Source: Phallusia mammillata
Lineage: Eukaryota
Direction: 5' to 3'
Assembly: GCA_965637545.1 (NCBI GenBank)
Contig: OZ281496.1
Coordinates: forward strand, 16,802,001 to 16,866,000
DNA: 64,000 bases
The notes below the pieces were generated by a model. That model was given only the letters and a program-made list of their open reading frames with translations, was not told where the DNA came from and did not search any database. Position numbers and translations under genes: made by a program. This document shows positions 49,378 through 62,290 of this stretch, one piece after another. Each line of letters begins with the position of its first letter. Position 1 is the first letter of the stretch.

Positions 49378-49461
49378 CATGTTTTGTATTTTTGAATGTT
49401 TCATAATGAACAATACATATGTAAATATGAACAAAAAATGTAAGTTTTAATTTAAAAAAAT

Positions 49462-50997
49462 CTACTCTTGTAAATTTTCCGCATTTTGCAGAACCACAAC
49501 TTGTGATTGTTGTTGCACCAGTGCCGCTAGTTGCTGCAGACCTTCCTGTAGTGTTTTGTTCATAGATTCCACCATTGCCTCTCTGCTTTTTCTATCCTTT
49601 TCACTTTCTTTTTCAAATAAATTCATGAATCTGTCCCATTCTTGTGTTGGTGTTTGTCCTGCAAAATAGAACATCATACATGGTAATTGACTAGGTATGG
49701 TAAGTATCTTAGCACCATACCAAAGAAACCACACAACAAATTTTACTGCCTAGACTTGTGTTATTAGTGGACACAGGTTGTTATTTAGCATTTGTAACAA
49801 CAGTTGTAAGAGTATTACTTACGCCGTGGTCTTTTATCTTTACTTGCTCTACCGTGCTGACCTGCAATATATACTAACAGGTCATTTTCTATTACTTAAA
49901 CTTTAAGCAAATAACACACCAGATTTTTTTCGCTTAAAAGCAGTAGATGTTGTGGCCACATCGTCATCAGTTTGTTCTTCATCGGCAGTTGGCTCATCCA
50001 TCATGCTGCTAGCCCTTGAATGTGACAAGCTACTACCAGCACTTGTTTCCCCTATTATTGAGCTTACTTCTGCATCTTCAGCTGCTTGATGTGTAATGTT
50101 GTGTTCAGCAGCAGGTTCTTGCACCTCTAATAAAATTAAACCATGCAAAGTCTTGTACAAAGGAACCTATTTGAGCAAATAGAGCTTACCTTCCACACCA
50201 GACGTTTCATCCGAAAATGACTGAGATGCACCTAAAAGAACAATGCACATAAACATGTGATATACAACTGGATGTAACAGACAGTTTAGCAACAAATTAA
50301 ATACAAACCAACCATAAAATGACTGCAACTTTTACTGAAAGTCATGCATTATCAAATATTTAAAAATATTACCATGTTTTTGTTGCATGGTGTCCACCAT
50401 CACAGAATGTCCTTGAATTGCCTGAAAATACATGTTTATACAATGGTAAATAAATATGTATTGTCATGTACAACATCTACAACAAACAGCGGTTGGTACT
50501 CACTTGTGTTCTCGGTCGATCTGACAATATTTCCTTCATTTTGTCAAAAAATGGCCACCTTACAGAGCCTGCACCAGATTTTGATGTTGTTTTTAAAATG
50601 TTGTAAAACTGAGTTTTTATGTTTTTCCACTTTATTGAAATTTGTTTCCTGTATTGCAAAACATACAAAAATTCACATAAATGTAGGATAAAGCATTAAT
50701 TGAAACCGTCTTTGAAATGCTATGTAAGTAAATGTTTTAGACAAATCACGACCATGTCATTACCAATGGCATTTGAAAATAGTATTTTAATAAAAACTTT
50801 ATCTGTTATCAAATGTGTACCAACCAATCTCTTTGCAAATTTTGTTTTCTGAACTCATTCTCCAGTTGCTGATAATACTGCCGATTTCTTCCCACTTTGC
50901 CATCAATTTTAGCTATAATTTGCTTTTCTTCTATTAAACGCAACAATAAAAGTGTTTCTTCTTCAGACCAACTTCCCTGGCGAATTTTTTGACTCAT
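49462..50997 (-). CDS. Multi-exon Myb/SANT-like (trihelix) DNA-binding partner of Harbinger
   Basis: WSEEETLLLLRL..; KWKNIKTQF..WPFFDKMKEIL..RP; acidic linker; coiled-coil-like last exon. Confidence 0.8.
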
Positions 50998-51451
50998 TCT
51001 ATACCTTGTTTTGTATCCAACAATTCAACTAGTTGCTCATTCAATTCGTAAAATGATTCAAATTCTCAGGCTAATCATTTAAATAGACAAACTGCTGTAG
51101 AGAGACAAGTAATAAAACACATCCTAACTAGCAAGCCCATGGGCTTGCAGGACAATAAACTGGTCGTTAGTCTGCATACAACTAGCCTGGTATCTACTAA
51201 CCCAGTTTGCACTTCCACTGTGCGACAATTTGCACCTTACGTCCATTATTACAAAACATTTCAATACAAAGTAAACAAACTTGCAAAACAACATTTTTCT
51301 AACCTCCGCCGAACCTTACAACACAGCAAACGCGCCTTGGCGAGAAGGCCGATTAAGCGCGAAACGGATCAAACCACCTAGCGGCAAAAACGAGAGAAGC
51401 GGATTGACGAAACGGATTCGAATCCGTTTCAAACGTCCATGTAAACAGGGT

Positions 51452-52130
51452 TAATGTTGTTTTTCTTTCATGTGTTTTAAAACTTTTATCTTTGACAAAG
51501 TTTTTGTCCCATGTGTCACCATGTTTTTTTTCAAATATTCCAAGTGGGCAAATCGTTTATTACAAAGATCACAATGATTGGTTTTCTCTTTAGTGTGAGT
51601 CATCATTTGTTCTTCATGGCGAACTTTTTTCGCCACAAACATTACTTGGTTGGGTTTCTCGTTGGTGTGTACCAACATGTGAAATTTTAAACTTTCACCT
51701 TCAGAAAATATTTTTTCACAAACATGACATCGATGACGTTTGTTTAGTGTGAATCAACATGCGTGTTTTCAAATTTCCACATCACATTGATGGTTTTTTT
51801 CTTCTTTAGTGTGTGTCATCAGGTGTGTTTTTAGAACTCCTCTCTGGGCAAATCTTTTTGGCAAAAAAAGCTTTTCATTGGTATTAGTCATTATGTGTGT
51901 TTTCAAATCTTCCTTCGGGTAAATCTTTTTTTACAAAAATCACAATAATAAGGTTTCTCTTTAGTATGTGTTAACGTGTGTGCTTTCAATGTCCAAATCC
52001 GAGCAAAAGTTGTTTCACAAACATGACATCTGTAGGGCTTCTCTTTTGTGTGTGTCGACATGTTTTTTTTTCAAATTCCCCCTTTGGCAAAATCTCTTTT
52101 CACAAACTTCACATTGATGAGGTTTCTCAC
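51452..52130 (-). pseudogene. C2H2 zinc-finger array, multiply frameshifted
   Basis: Repeated HTKEKP..C..C.K.F units with indels. Confidence 0.85.
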
Positions 52131-52239
52131 TAGCATTAGTTGAATATTTTATGAGTAGCGAAAACAATTATTTAATGCGTTTCAAATATATGCCAAGCCA
52201 AATTCGCGACTTAAGTTAAAAGCTAACTAGCGTCAACTG

Positions 52240-53310
52240 TAGGGATGTTCAAAGTAGAATGACTGGGTATTCTAGAATAATTGTTTCGAATCTAGAATAT
52301 CGAATCCAATTCTTATATTATTTTTGACTGTGCCATCATAAATCTTGACAACAACAAAAGTAGACCAGTTTTATACATTATAAAACATATTTTCCATTTA
52401 AAATGTAAAAAAAAAACTAACCAAAACAAAGAAAAACACTGGGAAAAAACTTTGCACAACTGTATTGAAACTAAATGTCCGAAAATCCACAAAGTCGGAA
52501 GAATTAGCACAAGGTTAAAAATTAATTATAACAATTTTATTTAGTGACTTTTATTGCCTTCAGCAGAGGTAACTATGTTGTAAGCATGCTGAGGTAATTT
52601 GACTTGCCTGGTGGTAGAGGAGAGGACTGTACAAATATATAACATTTGTCAACTTAAAACAACTGCAAAAACAGGCACCCTAGCAAACAAAGTTGGGAAA
52701 TTGCTTGATTAATTTTCAAATCACAATTAACTACCTGCGATTTTGCAATACAAAACGTGAACTTTGCAGCGTTTACTCACTACATATTTATGTTTGTATG
52801 GGGTTAAAAAAAGAAGCAAACGTCATATGTTTTGGGATTCCTTCACTGTTTTTGTGATATTAACAGAGAATCCCATGCTTTCAATCGCTGTCCAACGCCA
52901 TGACTGTTAAATGTTTTTCTGTTGTCAAAGTCAGAAAACAGTTAGACGCCGGTAAGACGTTGTAAATCGCGTGGCATAAACGTAATCACGTGATCAGATG
53001 CGTAACGTGCGCCAACCGTTATCAGATGCGTAAAGTGCGCCAACCGTTAATTATGCCTCCAATGCATCACCGTCGTTATAGCGACTCATGATTTGGCGTT
53101 GTATAGCGCTCACTGATTTGATGGCGGAGAGTCACTTGCCGTCTTTGCAACTGGCACAATGACCGGGCGTCGACGTAAGAGCGTAACGCATGTGTTTACA
53201 TTTTTACCAACGGCGAGAGCACACATTTATATCGGTTCCAATTACCCGATATAAACGGCAAAAATGGATTCGAATCCAAAGGCTTCGATATTCTACTTTG
53301 AACATCCCTA
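52240..53310. mobile_element. hAT non-autonomous element
   Basis: TIR TAGGGATGTTCAAAGTAGAAT; TSD GTCAACTG. Confidence 0.9.
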
Positions 53311-54484
53311 GTCAACTGGCTTCGCAACGTGGCAGTCAGCTGTGCAACAATTTTCTTTTCAGGCGTGTCTGATTACAAGCGTGATTTATTTTGGTGCCGT
53401 TAAGTTGCTCGCTCTAGTTTCCTAAACTAACGAAATCACAACGCACCAACTTTACCGCGTACTGAAAATCCATCAACTGGTTACAATAAGCAGTTGTTGA
53501 GCGCATATTTGAAATATTTTAGAAAGTAACTAATTGTACAGCTTAGCCCTGCAAGCTCTGTGCGTTTTAAAATGACTCGTTTAAAGTCGGATAACCCAGT
53601 TGGAAACGAGTTAAATGCTGCGTAGTGTTTTGGCACAAAAGGTAAAAATATCCTGTTTGGTGTTGTTAAAAAAAATATCATTAAGTACTGTACTGCGCAG
53701 ATAAAACTTTGTTTCTCGCTTGAACTAAAGTCAATAGTTTCCAGCTACCACTCTGGACTCTTTAGCACAAAGCTTTAATTCCCTGGGGCTCTGCCTGTGT
53801 GCACTGATGCGTGGAGCTTGACCATTGGTGAAGTTACGTCAGTGCGTAGTTGTTGTCACGGTTAAGCAGACACGAGCCATGTAAGAAAAAAATAGGTCAA
53901 ATGTTTCTGCTTTAATTCAGCATTACGCCTGAGGCCTTCTATAATACCTATGTTTGCTTGAAACGACCTATTTTAAAGTGGTCGAGTAACTACTACCATT
54001 CGTCCTCTCTGGTTTCTTTGTCCAATACCCCTCATGTCCTTTGTATTCAAGTAGCGTGGTCGAACTGTAATCTATTGCGTGCGTTGCTACTTGAGTCGAG
54101 GTTGTTCAGTTACTGACCGTTTTCTTGGACGTTAGTACTTCATGTGTTTGGCAGTGGTAAGCGTATTTTTGATTGATTTGAAGTTTTAAATGGCGTGTTA
54201 TTAAAGTTTAGCTTTAAGCGTTAGAAACGGGCAGTGTATTCTATTGTAGTTCGTGAATGGCTTAGGTTTGAACTAATGCAAAACAATGTAGCGTTCACTG
54301 TGTAAGCTAAGAATAAGTAGGTGGACGCTTAATACTTCTGTTTTCACATCCTCTGTATCATGTAGGAGCCCACGTGTTTTTTCTTGTGTGTACAACATGG
54401 AAGAGTAGGGGGGGTTAGTAAAATGGTTTTGAAAAAACTGTTGTTTAAAGTTGTAGGAATCTTCCGATATCAAATAGTTCTAAC

Positions 54485-55005
54485 CAGGGAGTCGAACGCT
54501 TGTCATACGGGTTCAGGTTCGGTTCGGGTTCACTTCGTTTTGTTTTGAAGGGTTCGGGTTCGGTTCAGGTTTTAAAAAATGAATATTGTCGGGTTCGGGT
54601 TTTGTTCCGGTTTGGGCAAACTATCCGGTCCGAACCGGTTTGCGGTTTTTAAACCGGTTCAAATTTTCATTCGTTTCAATTTAATTCTACCTATCATCTT
54701 CCTGGCCTTATCAAACTCCACAAGATTTTTGACCGTGCACTGTTATTTTTGACACGCCCTATAAGTGTTATCTCGCGTATTCTTCAGTGCGCTGTTTTGA
54801 AAAAAAATCACAAAATATAAAACAGACTGCATTTTTTACTGGTTCAGTTCCGGTTCGGGTCCAACGCCAAACAAAATATGGGGTTCAACTCCGGTTCGGG
54901 TTTTTAGAAAATCGTAATTGGCGGTTCGGGTTCGGTTCGGGTTTAATGAAATTAACCGCTCAAACCGGTTCGCGGGTTCGGGGTCAGTTCCGGTTCGACT
55001 CCCTG
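54485..55005. mobile_element. hAT MITE with GGTTC(G) subterminal repeats
   Basis: TIR CAGGGAGTCGAAC; TSD GTTCTAAC. Confidence 0.9.
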
Positions 55006-56349
55006 GTTCTAACCAAACGACCCATTTAAAGTTTACATCCAAACGACCCATTTAAAGTTTACATAGAAACAGCCCATCGCATATTGAAGTCGCGTGATCG
55101 AACAAATCCCCATTGTCCTGCGGTTGCCCAGTTTACTCCCAATTGTTTGGACAATAGCCGAATGTCCGATGCGTTATGCGTGCCCAAGCGATATCATTCG
55201 TATAACTTGCAGGCCTTCGTCGTTTTCGCTTTCTTTTGCTGGTATGCACCAGTGATCAGTGGATTTTCGTTCATGGATCGCTCGTTTGACACAGAAAATT
55301 TTTAACATGTACAGCCTGCAATTATTATAGTCCGCAGTCCGCACATTTAAGCGAGATAAGTTTATTTCTTATTATTTCAATACTTAACCCTAACATTTAC
55401 CTGTCAGTTAGCCTTATACCAAAGCTTAAGTATTTCCTAGTGCTCATGTGTACTCAAACCGTGACATGCACTGTCCACACCTAACCAATGGTCCAGGTGC
55501 ACGCATCAGCTATTGACTTATTTCTTAGGGCGAGGAACGAAGTTTTATGAGTGCAGTGCTGCAGTACGACATTGAGCGATATATTTGCCAAAGTATAAAT
55601 GCTGTGCAAACATTTACCGTTGAATTTGAGATAAATAATAGGTAATTATCTACTTTTACAGCGATCAACTTAACTGCACGTTGGTAGTAAAAAAAGAAAA
55701 GTAAAGTTAATACGATCATGGTTATTTTTTTCCCACTATTTTGATCTTTTCGACACTGTAATCTTTATGCGCCCCCTTTGTGTTTTAGTTTTTTTTCCTT
55801 CTTGTCATTACCAACCAAAATCTCTTTGTTTGGGTTGCCAAGAAAGACACATTGTGTTGTGATATAACGTGGTTTTCCACTAACAATTTACATCTGTTGC
55901 ATGACAATGGGGTTTAAATGTTACAATGTATTTTGGTTTGTCGCCTGGAAACGGACCCTTTTTAGCGTTCTGTTTGTGTTATAGTGCTTGTGTTAGCTTG
56001 AGTGACCGGGTAAAAAGTTGCTTTTTGTTTGTTAAACATTTTACTGCAACAGTGAAGTTTTAGGAGTCTTCGTTTCCTTCACTGTATTTGAACTTCTATG
56101 TTTGATTTCACATCGCGGGGTGCGCTCAATAACATAAATGTTGTGGAAATTGGTGCCGTTTCAGTGTGGTATATTTAATTTTAACGCACATGTTATTTAA
56201 ATTGTTCGGTCATCCGACTAAATACATGTTAGACAAAATTATAGTTTTTATTCTTTTCTAACAGATCAACGATAAAACAAATACATAAATGTCACCTGAT
56301 AAGCTGATACTCCAAACAGATTGGAAACCTCAAAATTTCGTTTATCGAG

Positions 56350-57140
56350 GAACATCATTTATGTAATGTTTGTGAAAAAAGATTCCGACCGACTCGAAAT
56401 TTAAAAACACACATTTGACTCACACTAAAGAGAATACCTTTCGATGTGATGTTTGTGAGAAAAGATTTGGTGAAAATGGAAGTTTTAAAAAACACATGTT
56501 GATACACACGAATGAGAAACCTCATAGATGTGATGTTTGTGAGAAAAGATTTACTCGCAGTGGATATTTAAAAAGACACATGTTGATTCACAACGATGGA
56601 AAACCGCATCAATGTGATGTTTGTGAGAAACGATTTAGTCGAGGTGGAAGTTTAAAAAAACACATGTTGATTCACACTAAAGAAAAACCTCATCGATGTG
56701 TTGTTTGTGAGAAACGATTTTGCGACGGTGGATATTTAAAACAACACATGTTGGTTCACACTGAAGTGAAGTCCCATCGATGTGTTGTTTGTGGAAAAAG
56801 AAGTAGTCGGGCTGGAGATTTGAAAAAACACATGTTGGTTCACACTAAGGAGAAACCTCAGCACCGATGTGTTGTTTGTGAGAAAAGATTTCGCGATGGT
56901 GAATATTTAAAACAACACATGTTGATTCACACTAAAGAGAAACCCCATAGATGTGTTGTTTGTGAGAAAAGATTTCGCGATAGTGGATATTTAAAACAAC
57001 ACATGTTGGTTCACACTAAAGAGAAACCTTTTCATTGTGTTGTTTGTGAGAAACGGTTTCGCCAAGGTGGTCATTTGAAAAGGCATTTGTTGACTCACAC
57101 TAAAGACAAAAATCTATTGATGCGACTTTTGCAAAAATAA
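56350..57140 (+). CDS. C2H2 zinc-finger protein: 8 in-frame fingers plus one upstream finger out of frame
   Basis: ORF 56415-57140; apparent 1-bp deletion near 56414; acceptor TTCTAACAG near 56265. Confidence 0.8.
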
Positions 57141-57912
57141 TATTTTCCATAGTTGGGGGGTTCAACACATGATGATTCACATAAAAAAAGGCTTCGTGTT
57201 CTTTGTTCAATGTTTGTAATAGATTTTGTTTTGGAATAGTATCAGTTGATTTTTTGGCTTGATGTTTTTGCAGTAAACAATAAACTCAATATGAACAGAG
57301 GGTGAGAAATCGTTTTTAACTTTAAAATAATAATTTGTAGAGAAATTTAAATTGCTCTATATGGAACAACAGCAATAAACACGCGTAATTTAATCCGATA
57401 CTAGTACCCGATATTTTAAACAAAAATTACTGCGATACTTTTAGCGAATATTCAACAACAAAAACATTAATCACCTCAAAAATCTTGTACAAGAACAAGA
57501 AATTGTAATGCACTAGCGACTAAAGCAAAGTACTGACTTTCGTGGCCAGGGACTTCTTGCCTTTTTACGGCTTTAGTTTGTCTGTTACTATGCAAATTGT
57601 GTGTAACAACGGCAAAACGGTGTCAAATATTGAAGTAAAAGTTAGCAGCCAAAGTCAACAGTCAAAACATGCATATTCCCTGCGTTTGGAAAACGAAAAA
57701 AAGCCGTATCAGCGACTAGCGACGCGCTATTTAAGGCATGTGGAACAAGAAGGCACATTCCGGGCAATCAACGCCTTGCAAACCAATCACCCCTAAGGGG
57801 AAGCAGCGAGGGTGCCACAACACAAAAACGTAATTAAGGTGCCACAACGAAAAAGAACGAAAACAATAAGTGACGGTGACAAACATCTACAAGCAAATAA
57901 AATTTCGCTACA

Positions 57913-57924
57913 CCCCCTCCCCCC
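57913..57924 (-). promoter_or_regulatory. Polypurine tract
   Basis: GGGGGGAGGGGG immediately precedes TGTAGCG. Confidence 0.8.
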
Positions 57925-58036
57925 AAACCTGATTTCGTCCTACTCCCGTAGGACTTAGCAAACGTCAGTCAGCAGCTTTATAAAAAAAACATGAGCACTT
58001 CGGCGCCATCAATAGTCAAACGTCCATTCTATATCT

Positions 58037-58590
58037 TTAAGACAAATTTATGCACACAACAGGGCTGTTACATAACAGCATTCGTTCGCGAACGCAGCGT
58101 TTCTTGCTCTTGCGTCGCTTGTTAATGGGCGCTAGAGGTTCGCCCCCAAAACACACAGTGGCACCAATATAAACAAACTCTCTACGCGAAAACGCAGAAA
58201 AAGAGCATCCGGCTCGTCGAATAGATCCTTCTAATTGATGTGCCTCATTTTCTGACCGCTTGCATACATCAGGAGAAGCGATTCGTCCGCATTTCTCGTC
58301 GACTAACACCGGCATCAAGTTTGGTGAAGTGGCGTGGGCCCGAAGCCCTTCACCAAACGCCTGCAATCAATCCCACATGGCGGCCAACCGCTTGTAATCT
58401 TCATAGCCGACTTCAGAACAGGGCGTCGTCCGTCGAAAATAAGCCAGCTGTTCGTCTGACACCAAATCAAGTAACAGCTTGGTTTTGTGTCCTCCTGGAG
58501 CTTCAACGTCACGACAGTAGGTCGCCAGCACCACAGTAAAATTATATAAACCTAAATCTCCGCCATAACGCGGAGATTTTATCATTACAT
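58037..58590 (-). pseudogene. gag: Gag N-terminal remnant with an in-frame stop
   Basis: PRYGGD..KTKLLLDLV..YEDYKRL..*LQAFGE fits the P.F.G / K..L..L / Y..LK..L / Q..GE gag pattern. Confidence 0.55.
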
Positions 58591-58689
58591 TAAAAAAAAT
58601 CGTTAATATAACACATAAACAAAAACAAACTAAAACGAACTGAAACCGGCTTTTCTTCAAACTAAACCAGCGGGGTTGTGGTGACAGGG

Positions 58690-58706
58690 TCCTGGCGTGC
58701 TCGCCA
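58690..58706 (-). promoter_or_regulatory. Primer-binding site, tRNA-Arg(ACG)-like
   Basis: TGGCGAGCACGCCAGGA, 3 nt after the LTR end; 2 mismatches to TGGCGAGCCAGCCAGGA (recalled tRNA-Arg 3' complement). Confidence 0.7.
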
Positions 58707-59304
58707 ATTTGTTACCGAATTATTTTGGCAGGCCCGATAAATCGATGTTATGCACCAAGCCTGCTTACTTAATTCGCAACAGGTCCAGAACCCTGCAATC
58801 ACGGCTCACCACTAAAGCCAATTATACTCCCTCACATTCCGGCGCAATCAACGCCTTGCAATCTAATCACCCCTAAGGGGAAGCAGCGAGGGTGCCACAA
58901 CACAAAAACGTAATTAAGGTGCCACAACGAAAACAATAAGTGACGGTGACAAAAATCAACAAGCAAATAAAATTTCGCTACACTTGTACTTCTATTTTAC
59001 AATTAAAATGAATCACAAAGTTATAGTTTGAGCAGAATAATCAATAGCTTCTTCCTTGATTTCCAATTTTTTTTGAAAATAATGGTGTCCCTTAGAAAAG
59101 TTTGCATCCTTTTCAGTGTTGACGAGAACCGTTTTGCCTTTGAGAGACTCATGGAAATTGCTGGCTAACTGGCTTTTCTTTTTAAAAGTTTCAGTAACTT
59201 TTCTAACAACAGGATATGCTTGGTGGTCACTACTATCTCTCCTGTAGAATGTTTATTCTTAAGAAACATTTCCTGTGAAGCAATTTAGCAGCTACTGTTT
59301 AGAG

Positions 59305-59791
59305 CAGGGGTGTGCAACCTTTTTCGTCGGTGGGCCATATAACCAATTTCGGACATCAAGTGAGGGCCACACTATTTTTTCACGTGCCGTATTTACACGT
59401 TTTTTACCTTACTGTTGGTGCGGCTTGCATTATAATATCATGTCGATATTATTTTCATACCCCTGTGTTTTGTTTTATTTAGCGTTTAAAATCAACTTTA
59501 AAATGTTGGGTGCAAGTAAGTTTCGTCGCAACACTGCTTTTCACAACAGAGTAATTGTTATAGATATGCAACAGGCACCTTGTGCGAATAGAAGAGGTCT
59601 GGGTGAATTAAGTTCCATGCGCTGGTTTAGCTGATTCTTGTTACGTATAGTAACTTAGGAGATTTGCCGAAAACTAGCGGGGATTTTTAGCTAAAATGTG
59701 CATTTTTACTTGCTCTGAATCAGAGTGTTGTTGAGGGCCACACTAAACGGCTTAGCGGGCCGGATTGTGACCCGCGGGTTGCACACCCCTG
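59305..59791. mobile_element. hAT MITE
   Basis: TIR CAGGGGTGTGCAACC; TSD GTTTAGAG. Confidence 0.92.
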
Positions 59792-60814
59792 GTTTAGAGA
59801 AACAGTACATGTTCATTATATCAATACACAAGATTGCACTTTTGTTGCAAATACTGTCCACATGGTGTGTTAAGAAACCAAAACTTGAAATTGCCATCAC
59901 TAAGGTATTTCAAAATTCCTGTTGCTTCTGCAATTGTTTGTTCTGCATTTAATATTGCCTGAATTTCAGTAAGGCATTTAACTTCACAGTCACAAAGCTA
60001 TTTTTGTTTGTTAGCATTCAAACTAAAATTGAGTAGTTCTTGTGGTTGCTTATTCCTGCATGACATATTTGAAATAACAGATGTTTTATCCCAGTTTTCT
60101 TAACTTTTTATTCAGGTTTTTATTCTAAAGGTTAATCGTGACTTTTCAAAGTGTTAGATGACCCTTTTTTCTTTTTCAAAGTGGTAGATACACTTTTTAA
60201 TTCAATGATAACTGCAAAAACTGAAGTCCACTTACAGTCATCTTAAAAGTCACGACTAACCTTCAAACAAATAAATTAGAAGATAAAAGTAATTATTTAA
60301 CTGTACTGACAGTCGAACTTGAGAATATAGCAAACCGGTTTGGTTTTGGAGAACAGTAGACCCGGAACAGACAACACAACTAAAGGCCGGTTCACATGCT
60401 GCGTGATTGGTGGAGCTGCCCGAGTCGCAGCCCCCTGTCGCCTATTTCGCCCGGCATATAGCTTTCCAAGTGCAAAACGTCACGATTCGTCATAAATCTA
60501 GAGCTGCAGTTAAACCACAGATAACATATTAATGTCATAATTTTTTTTTAAAAAAATGCTATTTAAGGCGAAAATTACACTCATAAAAATTATACTTAAG
60601 AATAAAAAATAAGTATCATAAAAGTTTTCTTTAACGTTGTGGTAGGAATATATAAGTAAAAATATCTAGAGGGTGCTACAGCTCCGCAGCACCCTAGCAC
60701 GAGCCGCCCCTGCTCTGTTGTCATCATCAGTACAGGTTGTCAATCAAGCTGTAGAACACGGTATATAAAACACTAAGGAAAAAAGGTCTTTCGTGAGCGA
60801 AAACGGCATGCAGC

Positions 60815-61040
60815 TTGTCTGATGAAGAGCGTGATGCCCTGCACTCACTGCAAGAAGACAACAATATTATCACCAGCAAACCAGATAAGGGCAACGGAGT
60901 AGTTTTGATGGATCGTTCTCACTACGTTTCGAAAATGATGGACATTCTCGCAAACAAACAGAAGTTCAAACCCTGCTTGTCAAATGACAACCTGGCTAAT
61001 GTAAGCAAGTTCCAAAACTACATCCGTTACCTAAAGAAGG
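60815..61040 (+). pseudogene. Penelope/Poseidon-type RT N-terminal fragment
   Basis: ALHSLQEDNNIITSKPDKGNGVVLMDRSHYVSKM. Confidence 0.75.
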
Positions 61041-61248
61041 CAGACGCACGAAGCGATGCAAATGAGGTAAAGTCATATAGATCATATAGATTCATAGTCA
61101 GAGGGTTAATACTGCAGCAAGCCGCGTTCGATTGTTTTGGTAAAAGGTATGTTTTTGTTGCAAATTCGAATTAAGTTAAAAATCAAACAAAATGCCCATT
61201 GTTATTGCATGTCATCGACTGAGCGGCTTTCACACCACTTTCTTCCAT

Positions 61249-61470
61249 TGAAGAAAATTCAGTGTGAAAAACCACTAAATCTGTCGCTATGTTTTATTTG
61301 TTTTATCAAAACAAATGCATTTCGCTATAAAAAGCATCATCAGTGTCTAAAAACAAAATAAAAAGCGGGATAAAAGCAAAAAATACAAAAAACGCACACA
61401 CCCAGACCAACCACAAAAAGCCTATCCTCTGTCTTACAGGACTGCAAATGCAGACCGGCAGGTATGGCGC
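61249..61470 (-). repeat. Third, solo partial copy of the PLE pLTR
   Basis: Near-identical to 3243-3454. Confidence 0.9.
61308..61356 (-). ncRNA. Minimal hammerhead ribozyme (third copy)
   Basis: Core identical to the copies at 3292 and 6832. Confidence 0.7.
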
Positions 61471-61921
61471 TTTCTTCCGTATTACATTAGTGCCTTGTTG
61501 TTTTACGCTTTTTACGTTATTTTTTATCAACCAAAATTTTGAACGCAGTTAAATATAGTAATATAGCAAAAAACGTACTTTGCTGTATCTTGTTGTCTTC
61601 TTCCCTCCTCTTATTTTTTTCACATACGCTTTTTACGATCTTTGTTGAGATTAAATAGGCGTTCTGACTGCGATGATGCAAATCCTACAAAAAAGAGTAA
61701 ATACGAAGTTAACCATAATAACTTGGTGCCTGATGTGACATATGTGCTAGAACAGTTGTGTCACTGATAACATGGAAACAGGCAATCGTAATTAAGAATC
61801 TATTTTAACTGATGCACAAACGTTTAAGGGTCAGTATCACAGTACTCCAGGTCCATTGAAGGCGCCATACCAAATCAGCCGGTCACGAGGCATTCGTCAC
61901 GATATGGCATGGCGTAGGCTA

Positions 61922-61994
61922 GAATGCGGCGGGATTCGAATCCACGACAGGAGTCTTTCCGGGACTTGCGCTCTACCAATTAAGATCCGCAGGC
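61922..61994 (-). pseudogene. 73-nt tRNA-like sequence (anticodon position GGA); pseudogene or SINE head
   Basis: AATTGGTAGAGCGC D-loop, AGTC-CCGGAAA-GACT stem-loop, GGATTCGAATCC T-loop; acceptor stem has mismatches. Confidence 0.5.
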
Positions 61995-62197
61995 GCCGTG
62001 GAGCATACGCCGAAAGTTGAACCACAAGCACCGTTGCCTGCCTCTTATGCACATGTCGGCTTCGTAGTAGGGATCACCAGTTTGACCAGTATCGGTTAAG
62101 ATGGACATGAATTCATAACTGGGATCAGCGCTGAAGCGTCTATGCAGACCAGCGATCTGTTCCACGCCAACTAGGCACTAAACGTGTAGTTGGTAAC

Positions 62198-62290
62198 TTT
62201 TTTTTCAAGGAGTTCGAACCCCGATCAAGGATTTTTTTTATGTCTGTATGTGGGTCAGGCGCACCAGACCGTTCGGCCAAGTTCCTGCCC
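62198..62290 (-). mobile_element. tRNA-Leu-derived SINE, copy 3 (internally deleted)
   Basis: GGGCAGGAACTTGGCCGAACGGTCTGG...GGTTCGAACTCC plus A8; no TSD found. Confidence 0.75.

Larger units (their letters stand above)
41902..51451. mobile_element. PIF/Harbinger transposon (transposase +, Myb/SANT -), interrupted by Gypsy
   Basis: TIRs ACCCTGTTTACATG / CATGTAAACAGGGT; two convergent genes; 3-bp TSD imperfect. Confidence 0.85.
57754..58982 (-). mobile_element. Internally deleted Ty3/Gypsy: LTR-PBS-gag remnant-PPT-partial LTR
   Basis: 5' LTR 58982-58710 (TGTAGCG...TAACA); second LTR starts 57912; the shared block is 57754-57912 = 58833-58982. Confidence 0.8.

Noticed and set aside
58037-58660. 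Captured type II glycosyltransferase (TM + FTVVLATYCR, EXTL2/GT64-like) inside an LTR element
   Set aside because: The apparent TM comes from a TTG-started, T-rich leader. From the first ATG the sequence fits a gag N-terminus, it lies right after the PBS, and no DxD motif follows.
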